Shown here piece by piece: positions 28,101 through 64,000 of a DNA stretch of 64,000 nucleotides. The position numbers were made by a program, and so were the translations under genes. A model generated the notes under the pieces. That model ran no database searches. It worked only from the letters and a program-made list of their open reading frames with translations, and was not told the DNA's origin. This DNA is from Heptranchias perlo (taxonomy: Eukaryota): assembly GCF_035084215.1 (NCBI RefSeq), contig NC_090348.1, forward strand, positions 44,578,001 through 44,642,000, read 5' to 3'. Each line of letters starts with the position of its first letter. The first letter of the stretch is position 1.

Positions 28101-28164
28101 AACCGCCCAGGAGACCTGGCTGGCGATGAAGACGATCATGGAATACATTGGCGACCGCTTGTGA
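13093..28164 (+). CDS. CPA2: Preprocarboxypeptidase A (M14A; CPA1/CPA2-like), complete, 11 coding exons, 418 aa
   Basis: join(13093-13157,14766-14847,15602-15736,18014-18112,20790-20891,22107-22208,23919-24029,24701-24791,25075-25274,26880-26964,27980-28164). All introns GT-AG; 1257 nt open frame. Signal peptide, prodomain, HARE (H69/E72), WRKTR (R127), DPNRN (N144/R145), IHSYSQ (H196), Y248 and FELRD (E270) are present. I255 indicates A-type specificity. CPA2 orthology is tentative (C210/C244, 11 exons, adjacency to TMEM209). Confidence 0.95.
13503..13830 (+). mobile_element. LF-SINE-like element; duplicate at 57547-57874
   Basis: Blocks GGTTCAAA, AAATGACTTTGGG..AGTCTCAACTCCAGTTCCT, AAAAC..AATTTGGCATTAAAATTAGC and GTGGTCCTGTCAGGG follow the order of the LF-SINE consensus as recalled. 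Confidence 0.45.
14270..14703 (+). mobile_element. Deu-domain SINE; duplicate at 58314-58747
   Basis: Same family as 4020. Confidence 0.8.
14766..14847 (+). CDS. CPA copy A exon 2
   Basis: tttgcAG; [27 protein letters not shown]; GTAAGT. Confidence 0.93.
15602..15736 (+). CDS. CPA copy A exon 3
   Basis: [45 protein letters not shown]; AG/GT boundaries. Confidence 0.93.
15866..16017. repeat. 18-bp minisatellite x8 (x7 at 59911-60043)
   Basis: (GTGTGTGTGACAGGGGGT)n. Confidence 0.95.
16020..17446. repeat. GT-rich low-complexity tract and 28/30-bp minisatellite; shorter at 60046-61032
   Basis: (GGGGGTGTATTTGTGGGCTGTGTAT[AT])-type units. Confidence 0.95.
17800..17985 (+). mobile_element. Deu-domain SINE fragment; duplicate at 61386-61571
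   Basis: Same family as 4020. Confidence 0.7.
18014..18112 (+). CDS. CPA copy A exon 4 (activation site)
   Basis: [33 protein letters not shown]. Confidence 0.93.
18500..18715. repeat. ~32-bp degenerate minisatellite; duplicate at 62088-62303
   Basis: GTTAGATTGGTTAGTGAGTATGTCCATTACTA-type units. Confidence 0.85.
18787..19525 (-). mobile_element. CR1 fragment with internal deletion; duplicate at 62375-63133
   Basis: [11 protein letters not shown] and FADD peptides plus CR1 3' end. Confidence 0.88.
20508..20634 (+). mobile_element. L2 3' UTR fragment
   Basis: CACCTGTCCTAATATCTCC...GGCGCTATATAAATGCAAGTTGTTGTTG. Confidence 0.8.
20790..20891 (+). CDS. CPA copy A exon 5
   Basis: [34 protein letters not shown]. 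Confidence 0.93.
21260..21545 (-). mobile_element. CR1 3' fragment
   Basis: Same 3' UTR motif as 7284. Confidence 0.8.
22107..22208 (+). CDS. CPA copy A exon 6 (zinc ligands)
   Basis: [34 protein letters not shown]. Confidence 0.95.
22770..23511 (+). mobile_element. Probable solo LTR (742 bp) in CPA intron 6
   Basis: TGTGGAAAAC...GTTTTCGACA termini (9/10 inverted match); TATAAAT 23344; ATTAAA 23435; internal 45-bp tandem x4; interrupts a CT-rich tract; no TSD seen. Confidence 0.65.
23919..24029 (+). CDS. CPA copy A exon 7
   Basis: [37 protein letters not shown]. Confidence 0.94.
24234..24415 (+). mobile_element. Deu-domain SINE 3' half
   Basis: Same family as 4020. Confidence 0.75.
24416..24660. 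repeat. 33/31-bp minisatellite, ~7.5 copies
   Basis: CTGTCCTCACGGGGACACTGTAATACTCGTGCT. Confidence 0.92.
24701..24791 (+). CDS. CPA copy A exon 8
   Basis: [30 protein letters not shown]. Confidence 0.95.
25075..25274 (+). CDS. CPA copy A exon 9
   Basis: [15 protein letters not shown]...[27 protein letters not shown]. Confidence 0.95.
25804..26232 (+). mobile_element. Deu-domain SINE
   Basis: Full head (GTGGCTCAG..GGTTCGAGTCCC) and body. Confidence 0.8.
26551..26747. repeat. 57-bp tandem units with an internal 26-bp inversion
   Basis: 26580-26605 is the exact reverse complement of 26637-26662. Confidence 0.9.
26880..26964 (+). CDS. CPA copy A exon 10
   Basis: [28 protein letters not shown]. 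Confidence 0.94.
27458..27900 (+). mobile_element. Deu-domain SINE
   Basis: Same family as 4020. Confidence 0.8.
27980..28164 (+). CDS. CPA copy A exon 11 (terminal)
   Basis: [61 protein letters not shown]. Confidence 0.95.
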
Positions 28165-28209
28165 ACTGGCATGAATGTTTGACCCCCTCCCTCCCTCATC
28201 TCACAATGA

Positions 28210-28215
28210 AATAAA
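28210..28215 (+). terminator. CPA polyadenylation signal
   Basis: AATAAA 45 nt after the stop codon. Confidence 0.8.
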
Positions 28216-28280
28216 GATCAGAAAGGGACAATCCTGGCAGATACCTGATGTTCAATCCTTACAGACTGATGGGTAGGTTT

Positions 28281-52920
<24,640 letters not shown>

Positions 52921-53509
52921 TCAGTAAAGAATAAACCGGATTCGAGGAGTTTCCCAAAAGCAGCAAAAAGGCGGGAGGGAGGGAGGGAGTGGAGGGCCCG
53001 CCCGCCTCAACAGGCCCAGTGGTCGGGCCCCCGGGCCCCACACCCCCGGGCGGGGCACCCCACACCCCCGGTAACCCCGGGCTCCCCGGACCCCCGGTAA
53101 CCCCGGGCTCCCCGGGCCCTCCGATCCCCGGTAACTCCGGTCCCCGGACCCCCGGACCCTCCGATCCCCGGACCCCCGGTAACCCCGGGCCCTCCGATCC
53201 CCGGACCCCCGGGCCCTCCGATCCCCGGACCCCCGGGCCCTCCGATCCCCGGACCCCCGGGCCCTCCGATCCCCGGACCCCCGGTAACCCCGGGCCCTCC
53301 GATCCCCGGACCCCCGGTAACTCCGGGCCCTCCGATCCCCGGACCCCCGGTAACCCCGGGCCCTCCGATCCCCGGACCCCCGGTAACTCCGATCCCCGGA
53401 CCCCCGGTAACTCCGATCCCCGGACCCCCGGTAACTCCGATCCCCGGACCCCCGGGCCCTCCGATCCCCGGACCCCCGGTAACTCCGGCCGCCGCATTCA
53501 TTCACTCAC

Positions 53510-53621
53510 CGACCCGCTCCGCCGCCACCGGAAATACAATGACCTACTTCCGCTAACGTACGTCATCTCGCTTGACGTCGGCAAAGATTTTTAAAAACTG
53601 GACGCGGGAAATTCATAACGC
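53510..53621 (-). promoter_or_regulatory. TMEM209 copy B CpG-island promoter and non-coding exon 1
   Basis: Same motif cluster as 9529-9640; donor at 53509. Confidence 0.7.
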
Positions 53622-55662
53622 GTGGCCCCGCCCACCCCCGCCCACTTACCCCCGGGACCCCGCCCACTGACCCCCGGGACCCCGCCCACTGACCCCCGGG
53701 CCCCGCCCACTAACTCGAGGACTCAGGAAAACACCAGCTGGCCCCGAGCCCCGCCCACTCGCCCTGGGAAACGCCCACTGGCCGCAGGACACGCCCACTG
53801 TGGCGACAGGACACGCCCACTGACCACAGGACACGCCCACTGACCCCAGGCTATTCCCCTCACTCCCCCAACTCAGTGGAACGCCCTCCACCCCCTGACC
53901 CTGGGACATGCTCACTGACCACAGCCGACTCCCCTCCACCCTCCCCCACTGGGCGGGTCACCTCCCCACACTGACCCAAGGCCACTACGTCCCTCTGTCC
54001 CCTGTGAGGAGACTGCCCCAATTACCCCGAGACCCCTCTCGCTGACCCCAGGCCTGCTCCCCACTGACCCCAGGCCACACCTCCTTGCACTGACCCTGGG
54101 ACATCTAAACCCCGACTGACCCCAGGCCACTTGCCCCTCACTGTCCCCCGGGCCACCACCCCAAGCACCAGGCCATGCCCTGGAACCCCAACCCATCATC
54201 CCCCTCCTCACGATGCCAGCCAGCTTACCCGCTGACCATGGGCCAGCAACCCACACATGAGGACACTCTACCCACCGTCCCAGGGCTAACCCACCCATTG
54301 ACTGGACCGCACCATCTGCTGACCAGCCCATTCAAGCCAAGACAACTTTACGTAGGAAGTTTCCATTCTAAAGTCCGCATCGGAATTCTAATGGTAAATG
54401 TTGAGAGGAAATGCATCAGATTTTTAACATATATTGCTGATGAACTGGAAGAATCTCTCCAGAAGCAGACCAGGGCTGGAAGTCCCCAGCTCGTAATTAA
54501 GTGATTCTTTTAACCCCAGTGCATTGGATAAATGTTTTAGAAAATACAATTTTGTTTGTTATTTTACTTTTTCTGCCAGTAACAGCAAATGAACTGTAAA
54601 TGGAGAAATGAAATAAAATACTGGAGAGCAAAGGAACATAGGAACTGGAGGAGGCCATTCAGCCCCTCGAGGTTGTTCCGCCATTCAATTAGATCATGAC
54701 TGATCTTAAGGCTATAGATAAAACATTACTTATTGGTAAATTGCTAAAAAAAAGAATAGTATTTCAATCTCTTATTTGCCTTTAAGAAAAATGTAAAGGA
54801 AAGTTAATAGATTTATATCGACTCATTCCTGTCCTCGGGACATCCAAACAGCGTCAGCAAGCAACACCCGCTAACCAATAACCTGCTCACCAGCTCAGGT
54901 TCTGCCAGAACCTCTGGGCTCCAGACCTCATCACAGTCTTGATCAAGGCACAGATGCAAGGGCTTAATGCTAGAGGAGGGGTGAGAGTGGCCGCCCCTCA
55001 ACATCAAGGGAGAATTTGACCAAGTACGAGACCAAGGAGCCCTCCGAAAAATGAGGTCAATGGAGGTCATGGGGAAACCCTCCAGTGGCTGGGGTCACAG
55101 GGGAAGATGGCCGTGATTGTCGGAGGTCAATCAAAGCAACAGGAGGAGGCCATTCGGCCCCTTTAACCCGTTCTGCCATTCAATTCGATCATGGCTGATC
55201 TGTACCTCAACTTCATTTGGAGCCTTTGCTCCATATCCCTTGATACCTTATTCAACAAAAATCGACCAATCTCAGTTGTGAAAATTTCAATTGACCCAGA
55301 ATCCAACGCCTTTTAGGGGAGTGAGTTTCAGATTATTTTTTGTACCTGTGCACTAGCTTTTAGTGATTTGTGCACATTGACACCCAAATCCATTTGTTCA
55401 TCCACAGCTCCTAGTCTCTCCCCGTTAAGAAAATATTTCAATTTGTCTTTCTCGGATCCAAAGTGGGTGACCTCACACTTCCCCACATTGAACTCCATCT
55501 GCCACAGTTTTGCCCACTCACTTAGTCTGTTGATGTCCCTCTATCATTTCCTGCTCCCATCCACACAACTTACTGTTGGCTGGAATACAAATGTGAGGAA
55601 GTGATGCTTCAGTTATACAGAGCCTTGGTCGGACCCCATCTGGAGCGCTGCGTTCAGTTCTG

Positions 55663-56365
55663 CGTTCACACGAGAGGACACCACCCACCAGGTGCATGGT
55701 TCATACTCCTGTGACTCGGCCAACGTTGTCTACCTCATACGTTGCAGGAAAGGATGCCCCAGAGCATGGTACATTGGCGAGACCATGCAGACGCTGCGAC
55801 AACGGATGAACGGACACCGCGCAACAATCGCCAGACAGGAGGGTTCCCTCCCAGTCGGGGAACACTTCAGCAGTCAAGGACATTCAGCCACCGACCTTCG
55901 GGTAAGCGTACTCCAAGGCAGCCTCCGAGACACACGACAACGCAAAATCGTCAAGCAGAAATTGATAGCCAAGTTCCGCACCCATGAGGACGGCCTCAAC
56001 CGGGATCTTGGGTTCATGTCACGCTACACGTTATCCCACCAGCGAACAAATGTTATCTGTTTTTAATATAACGGGTCATTTGCTGTCTTTTCTATGTTTC
56101 TGCCTCTCTATCTCTGTGTTTTTTTGGTGGTTTGTATATTCGGAGACCTTGTAGGTAACACCTGTCTGTCTGCACACTGATTGCCTTGGCAACGGGCAGT
56201 TGAAAGGACTGTCTGTAATCACCAAGTATTGTTCTGTGATTTATAAATGCGAGAGGTTCGAGGATTTCATTTCCACAACATTCACCTGAGGAAGGAGGAA
56301 GCCTCCGAAAGCTTGTGAATTTCAAATAAAATTGCTGGACTATAACTTGGTGTTGTAAAATTGTT
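55663..56365 (+). mobile_element. Penelope-like element fragment, duplicate copy
   Basis: ORF 55692..56066; same TSD. Confidence 0.9.
56280..56320 (+). ncRNA. Minimal hammerhead ribozyme motif, duplicate copy
   Basis: Identical to 12290-12330. Confidence 0.75.
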
Positions 56366-56904
56366 TTCAGTTCTGGGCACCACACTTCAGGAAGGATATA
56401 TTGGCCTTGGAGGAGTTACAGTGCAGATTCACCAGAATGATACTGGGCTTAGAGGGTTAAATTATGAGGACAGGTTGCATAAACTTGGCTTGTATTCCCT
56501 TGAATATAGGAGATTGAGAGGTGATCTAACCTTAGTGTCTAAAATGATAAAGTGATTTGATGGGGTAGATACAATGAAACTATTTCCTCTGCACTCCTTC
56601 CAAACACTGCTCCAGCTGAGATCAGGTAAGTCAGCACAGAGCAGGCTTTGAAACAACAACCTCCCTGGTCTGAATAGGTCAGTAATTCACTGGGCAGTGC
56701 ATTAACCTAGTGAGCTATCTGTACACTTCCCCTCAGCCCACAAAAGAATATGTTTTATAAATATCCACAAAGAAGAAATAGAGTTGAATAATTGGTTTAA
56801 CTGGATGTTGCCAAAGCATAGCTTTTCAATCCTGCAATTTATTTGCATATCATCAGATTATTAAATTGTTAAACATTTTTATTCAAAATCATCAGGACTT
56901 TGCT

Positions 56905-57050
56905 GGAAAAACAAACAAGGTATTGATATAAGCAGCCTCAATCTGCGTGGGAATTATTCCACGTGGCACCATTTCTACAGATTAATGCTAGTCATTATCT
57001 TTGTCTTTATCTGGTGACTCCCTGGCCGCCTCTCAGCTTTAAATATAGCC
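56905..57050 (+). promoter_or_regulatory. CPA copy B acinar-type proximal promoter
   Basis: Same motifs as copy A at offset +43990. Confidence 0.65.
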
Positions 57051-57082
57051 CGGCACATTGTTCCTTTTCACAAGGCTTCACC

Positions 57083-60000
57083 ATGAGGACGCTTTTGGTT
57101 TTCTCAGCTCTGCTGGTGGCCGTTTGCACCCAGAGAAGTTTCGAGGGGTGAGTTACTACCTTGTGGCGAGATTTCTTTTCAAGCAGGTTCCTCGATATTA
57201 GTTTGTCCGCTCCGACTCAAGGGTGGAGGGTCTTTATGAGAACCTCTTGGTGTGGAACTGGACAGGTCCCAGATCTGACCCTCGCCCTTTGTTGAGTTGG
57301 CTGACCTCAGCCGGTGCATAGTGCAAGAGGGCATGACAGTTGACCTCTGTTGCCCTGGGGCTCAGGAGGGTGGGAAACTCATCCAGGGCTGCTCCTTCTA
57401 AAAGATGCGCAGGACGCTGAGAGGATCAGGTTTGGTTGTGATGTTCCCCATGCCCAAAACACATGATCAATGGATACCTAGATGAGATATTCTGGCGATC
57501 CTGATGCGTCAGCACCTTGGAGAGAATGGGAAAGAATCGTTCTTTTGATGGCTAATCGTAGACTGTGGTGGGGCTAACGGACCTTACAACATTGGGCTCT
57601 AGGTTCAAACCTTGTCCAAACTGATGGGGTGAAGATCACATCTCTCTCCCTCCAGTAGATGTTGTCTACCAGATGACTTTGGGCTTAGTCTCAACTCCAG
57701 TTCCTCATGGGCGAGAATCACCCATCGTAAAACTGCCCATAATTTGGCATTAAAATTAGCGATGAAGGAAGCCACAGGTTAGCTGGTGTGGGAAGTGGAA
57801 AATTGTCACACTGGAGCAGTAGGGAGTGGTCCTGTCAGGGTGGGTCAGAGTAGAGAGAGCTTTACTCTACTATATCTGACCTGGGAGTTCCCCATACTGA
57901 CACGGGGAACCTGAAATGGAAAGTGTTCCATTTCCCCAGCACTAACATCTCACCATTTTTAATTTTAAGAAGTGCACACACATACAATTTGAGCACTTTA
58001 TATAAAGCCAACACACTAAGGGACCGATCCTGAGATTTACACTCCATCCCTTGTGTTCATCCCAACACTCGCTGTGAAGGCACTCTCTTGAAGAATGACC
58101 CAGGAACCAGACCTCAGCAGGAGTCAGCTCCTTCATAAGAAGTGGGCAGGAGAGAAGGGAGAAATGGTGGCAAAAATAAGTGCCAAAATATATTTGTTCT
58201 CTTTAATTGTTCCCAGAGGTTGTGATGCATCCTTGCAGATCAAAATGATCCCAGAAAGTTCTCTCATAGCTTCACAAAGTATCTTTCAATATCTCTCCTC
58301 TCATCAGGTGCCTGCGCTGCACCAGCTCAGGATCAAACTCTCACCTCTGAAGCTTGTAGGTTCGAAGCTTCATTCCAGAGGCTTGAGCACAAAATCGAGG
58401 CTGACTCTCCCAGCGCACTGTCGTTTTTCGGATGAGACGTTAAACTGAGGCCCTGTCTGCCCTCTCAGGTGGACCTAAAAGATCCCATGGCACTATTTGG
58501 AAGAAGAGCAGGGGAGTTCTCCCCTGGTGTCCTGGACAATATTTATCCCCCAACCAGCATCAAAAACAGATTGATCTGGTCATTTATTTCATTGCTTTTT
58601 TGTGGGATCTTGCTGTGTGTAATTTGGTTGCCGCGTTTCCTACATTACAGCAGTGACTACACTTCAAAAAGTAGTTCATTGGCTGTAAAGCACTTTGGGA
58701 TCTTCTGAGGCCATGAAGGGTGCTGTATAAATGCAAGTCCATTCTTTATTAATAATTAATAAACGGCCCAACAACTAAACATTGATACTGACACTTGGTG
58801 TGTTTGCAGGGACCAGGTCCTACGGCTGACGCCCACAGATGAGGAACAGGTCAGCCTGGTGATGTCCCTGGAGGAACATGACCATCTCCAGGTAAGTCAG
58901 AACGTAAAACTGCATCTCTGACCATAAACCACAGAGGGAACTACAAACACCCGGGGAACGCTTCATCACTCAACCTCCCATGGCATTGCTCAAATATAGT
59001 CCGCAGCCTGCACCACCGTTGTGATATTTAGCTGTTAATCTGTCCTGTCCCTTTCAGGCCACCGTTTTAACTGGGCTAATCCAGGTTTTGTAGCTACTTA
59101 GAAATTGCTGGGACCAATCAGAGGGCAGTTCGAACTGGTTGTAAATTTCAAGCTCCAGGTCAACGAATGGCTTTCTCCGCAACCCCCACCCCACCTTCTT
59201 TTCAAAAGAAAAATTTGCTTTGCCTCTGTAGCAAAGTGTGACATCTGGTGTGTGACGGACACGGGCTGTGGGGGATCGACCGCCCGTTATACACCCCGCC
59301 CCGATTTTCCTTCCCGTTGTGTCTCACGTCGCTGAAGTAGAATGAAGCGGAGGCCAGAGGACTCACAGTGTGAAACCGTCACGTTGAATCCATCGAGAGA
59401 TGTTCAGCAGCTGATCACTAGGAGCTGGCCGAAAAATCACACGCGGTGATTGGCGACAGCGTGTGGGAACATCTGGTTTTCGGGCGACATCATCCTTCTG
59501 ATGACGTCACCAGATGCTACGTTCAGCTGTACACTAATCGACAGGTGTTTGCCAGCAAACTCGGCCTATATTATGTCGATTATGTATTACAGATATATTA
59601 TATGTTAAATATAAACGTAATTTTTCTCCTCTTTCTTTCTCTCTAGCTTGATATCTGGCGCAGTCCCGTCAAGTCTGACCTCATTATAGATGTCCATGTT
59701 CCACAGGGCAGTCTTCAGTCTTTCAAAGTGTTTCTGGAGCACAGCGGGATTCAGTATTCGGTAATGATTGAAGACCTGCAGGTGCGTCAACAACTAAACC
59801 AAACCATGCCAGGTAGAGGGGCTACAATTGGGCCCAGTGTACAGGGCTGGAGGGGGAGATATTCAGCCAGGTTTCCCACTCTTAATTTTATTCCAGCGGC
59901 CCCTGCTGGAGGTGTGTGTGACAGGGGGTGTGTGTGTGACAGGGGGTGTGTGTGTGACAGGGGGTGTGTGTGTGACAGGGGGTGTGTGTGTGACGGGGGG

Positions 60001-61698
60001 GTGTGTGTGACAGGGGGTGTGTGTGTGACAGGGGGTGTGTGTGAGCACGTGCAAGTGGTTATGTACACAAGCTGTGTGTAAGGGTGTGTGTAAGGGTGTG
60101 TGTAAGCATATGTGAGTATGTTTAGGTGGCTATGTGTGAGTAGGGGTGTGTGTAACTGTATGCGAATGGGGGCATGTGGGTGTGTATTAAGATATGCAAG
60201 TGGAGGTGTGAGTGGGAGCATTTGTGTGTGTTTGGGGGAGGTGTATGAGAGTAGGGGTGTGTGTAAGTATATGCGAGTGTGTGTAGGCGGGTACGAGGGT
60301 GGGGATGTGCATGTGGAAGTGTATGCACTTGGGTGTGAGTGTAGGGCGGTGTGTGTAATTGTATGTGGGTGTGGGGGGTGTATTAGGGTATTAAGGCTGG
60401 GTGTGTGTGATGGCTTGTGTGTGTTTGGGGGTGTATGTAGGGTACTTGAGTTTGTAGGTGTGTGTTTTAAGGTATGTGGGGTGTGTGTATGTATATGTGA
60501 GTAGGAGTGTGTGTGTGGATATATGTGGAGTATCTGTATGTGGGGTGTGTGTTTGAGGGTGTATTTGTGGGCCATGTATATGGGGGTGTATTTGTGGGCT
60601 GTGTGTTTGGGGGTGTATTTGTGGGCTGTGTGTTTGGGGGTGTATTTGTGGGCCGTGTATATGGGGGTGTATTTGTGGGGTGTGTGTATGGGGGTGTATT
60701 TGTGGGGTGTGTGTATGGGGATGTATTTGTGGGCTGTGTGTATGGGGGTGTATTTGTGGGGTGTGTATGGGGGTGTATTTCTGGGCTGTGTATGGGGGTG
60801 GATTTGTGGGCTGTGTATGGGGGTGTATTTGTGGGCCGTGTATATGTGGGTGTATTTGTGGGCCGTGTATATGGGGGTGTATTTGTGGGCTGTGTATGGG
60901 GGTGTATTTGTGGGCCGTGTATATGGGGGTGTATTTGTGGGCTGTGTATGGGGGTGTATTTGTGGGCTGTGTATGGGGGTGTATTTGTGGGCCGTGTATA
61001 TGGGGGTGTATTTGTGGGCCGTGTGTATGGGGAGGTTAGGTGGGGTCAGGTGAGTACAGGATTAGGCTGGTTTGTGATGCTCCCAGTATTGGGTAACCTG
61101 CTGATATTCTCTGGAGGGGCTGATATACGAGGACTATCCCCATGGGCAGAGTACTAGGGGGTGCCTAATGCCCCGGGAACCGTGTCCCAACATGGGGTCA
61201 GAAGAGGAAGTGAAGGGAGAAAATAGGTGGGAGAGAAAGCAAAGTATGTGACTGAGGCCCTGCGAACCCTTATCCTGTCAATGGAGAGTCTACCTTTCGA
61301 TATAAATTAGCCAGTTAGTCTGATCTTTCTTCCTGAATTGGACAGTGGAGAGAAGGAGGATGTGTTGAATATAATTAAACACATTAGCGATATTTATCTA
61401 CTTTTCCCCTCCCAATCAACATCACTAAAACATTATCTAGTTATTTATCTCATTGCTGTTTGTGGGATCTTGCTGTGTGCAAACGGACTGCTGCGTTTCC
61501 TTACATTACCAACAGTGACTACACTTGATTGGCTGTGAAGGGCTATGAGATGTCCCGAGAGTGTGAGAGTTTCTGTCTAAAGCCGAGTTTTACCTGCAGG
61601 TGATGATTGACGATGAGAGAGCGGAACTGGAGCGGACGACCATGATGGAGCGCACCGCCTCCAACTTCAACTACGGCAGCTACCACACCCTGGAGGAG
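57083..61698 (+). CDS. CPA2: Carboxypeptidase A copy B, exons 1-4 (continues beyond window)
   Basis: join(57083-57147,58810-58891,59647-59781,61600-61698). Same as copy A except F5L (TTC>TTG) in the signal peptide. Confidence 0.92.
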
Positions 61699-64000
61699 GT
61701 ACGTACCGAGCGGTTTTACTGGGAAGGAGTTGCTCCACATTTGCCCGCTGCGCGCTGACAGCACTGCGACTCGCCCTGCCCGTGTTGAGGGAGGGAAACC
61801 TTTGGGTTCCGCTGTGGTTTGAGTGACTCCGCTGGGGACAGAGGTAAGGTAATAACCAGCGGATACAACGCTGGCACCAACCAGCTCCCGACGCTCTTGG
61901 TCAGTGTGTGAAGACCTTGCAGGTACAGTAGATAAAAGCACGAGAGAGGATGGGACAGGGAAAGAGCACTGGCCCATCAGGCACCTCCCTTCCACAGACC
62001 GTTCAATCTCACTCCTCCTCAGAGATACTTCCAGCAAAATTCCAGCCCACCCATCTAACCTTACTCTCATCACACACCCACATCCACTTACCTTGGTTAG
62101 TATGACAGTTTTGAGTTGTCCATTACTCGTTAGATTGGTTAGTGAGTATATCCATTACTAGCTAGATTGGTTAGTATGTCCAGTTCAAGTTAGATTGGCT
62201 AGTGAGTATGTCCATTACTAGTTAGATTGGTTAGTTAGTATGTCCATTACTAGTTAGGTTGGTTACTGAGTATGTCCAGTGCTAGTTAGATTGGCTGGTA
62301 AGTAGCAATCAAATTGGTAAAAAATGTTTTCTTTTTAGTTTTCAATATTTTTATTTCTGACAGATGTCAAATTAGAGACATAGAGTTATACAGCACGGAT
62401 AGAGGCCCTTCGGCCCATCGTGTCCGTGCCGGCCATCAAGCCCTGTCTACTCTAATCCCATATTCCAGCATTTGGTCCGTAGCCTTGTATGCTATGGCAT
62501 TTCAAGTGCTCATCCAAATGCTTCTTGAATGTTGTGAGGGTTCCTGCCTCCACAACCCTTTCAGGCAGTGAGTTCCAGACTCCAACCACCCTCTGGGTGA
62601 AAAAGTTCTTTCTCAAATCCCCTCTAAACCTCCCGCCTTTTACCTTGAATCTATGCCCCCTTGTTATAGAACCCTCAACGAAGGGAAAAAGCTCTTATAT
62701 TCTGTGCCTCGGCTAATAAAGGCAAGTATCCCATATGCCTTCTTTACCACCTTATCTACCTGTTCCGCCGCCTTCAGGGATCTGTGAACTTGCACACCAA
62801 GATCCCTCTGACCCTCTGTCTTGCCTAGGGTCCTCCCATTCATTGTGTATTCCCTTGCCTTGTTAGTCCCTCCAAAGTGCATGACCTCGCAATTTTCCGG
62901 GTTAAATTCCATTTGCCACTGTTCCGCCCATCTGACCAACCCATCTATATCGTCCTGCAGACTGAGGCTATCCTCCTCGCTATTTACCACCCTACCAATT
63001 TTTGTATCATCAGCGAACTTACTGATCATACCTTTTACATTCATATCCAAGTCGTTAATGTAGACCACAAACAGCAAGGGACCCAGCACCGATCCCTGTG
63101 GTACCCCACTGGCCACAGGCTTCCAGTCACAAAAACAAAATAGAATGTCAATTGCCCAGATCCGATGGCAGGATTTGAACTCTGACTGTGCATTATTAGT
63201 CCAGGCCTTATTACTTTTGAAAACCTTTAGAAAAGATCTCCCGGCCCTTATGAAGAATTTCGTTGGATGCAAAGCTCTTTTATTTTTGGTTTGGACGGGG
63301 CTGGGAGTGAGGAGAATATTTTTTTTATTGCATTAAACATGGGGAGTAGCCGTCCCTAATGGGATAGTGAGTGGATGCAGTGAGTAGCTGAGTGGTACAA
63401 ACTAGAAAGGACCTGGTGTGTCCCGGGCCTGCACTGGGTTAGTGTATCTCAGCTGGGCGAGTGGTTACCGCACAGTGCCCCTGGATTGAGGAGAGGAATC
63501 TCAGCCAGCATTCCCACTCCTGATTACAATCCAACATCACTCCTTCTCCCTGAAGCGGAAGCGGATATGGCCGGATGTGGCTGTGATGACCCCAGCAGTC
63601 TGTGCTCTCTTGTCCCGCTGTTACGATGTCCCTTGATTTACCTCATCTGCTCTCTTACTCTGTCCAAACTAGGTGCTGATCTACACTATGCTTTTTCTCA
63701 ATCAGTGTTTTTCATTCTCGTGTTATTTCCTCTCCTGTTCCTCCTGAGATCCAAAAACATTTTCCGACACACTCTTCCTCCCCCGACATCCTCACTGTGT
63801 TGAAATCAAGACTTATCGCACGGTTTTCTGCTCTAACTCATTTTGTCCCAGATTTTCACGTCTCTCCCTTCCTCCTACAATCTACAAGTTTTTAAAACTG
63901 GCTCTCACCACCTCCTCACCAGGTCACAAAGTGGGTTTTAGGTAAAGGCAGCCCCTTTGGCCCAGTTCCCCTCGTCCTTAAAGGAGACCAATCCTACCAT

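Overview
Vertebrate genomic DNA, probably a cartilaginous fish judging by the repeat complement (inference). The window covers about 1.4 units of a ~44-kb tandem segmental duplication: positions 1-20392 recur at 44754-64000 at roughly 99% identity, estimated by eye. Each unit holds a TMEM209 gene (- strand) head-to-head with an 11-exon pancreatic A-type carboxypeptidase gene (+ strand). One CPA copy is complete (13093-28164, 418 aa, catalytic residues intact). One TMEM209 copy has coding exons 2-14 clearly traceable (52887-31499), plus a diverged, C-terminally extended candidate last exon (28410-28281) whose stop lies 116 bp from the CPA stop. The partial second copies run off the window ends. 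Introns are rich in CR1 and L2 LINE fragments and Deu-domain and other SINEs. The window also holds a Penelope fragment with a minimal hammerhead ribozyme, a probable solo LTR, an LF-SINE-like element and several minisatellites. Most ORFs in the supplied track are spurious. No prokaryotic features or CRISPR arrays were seen.
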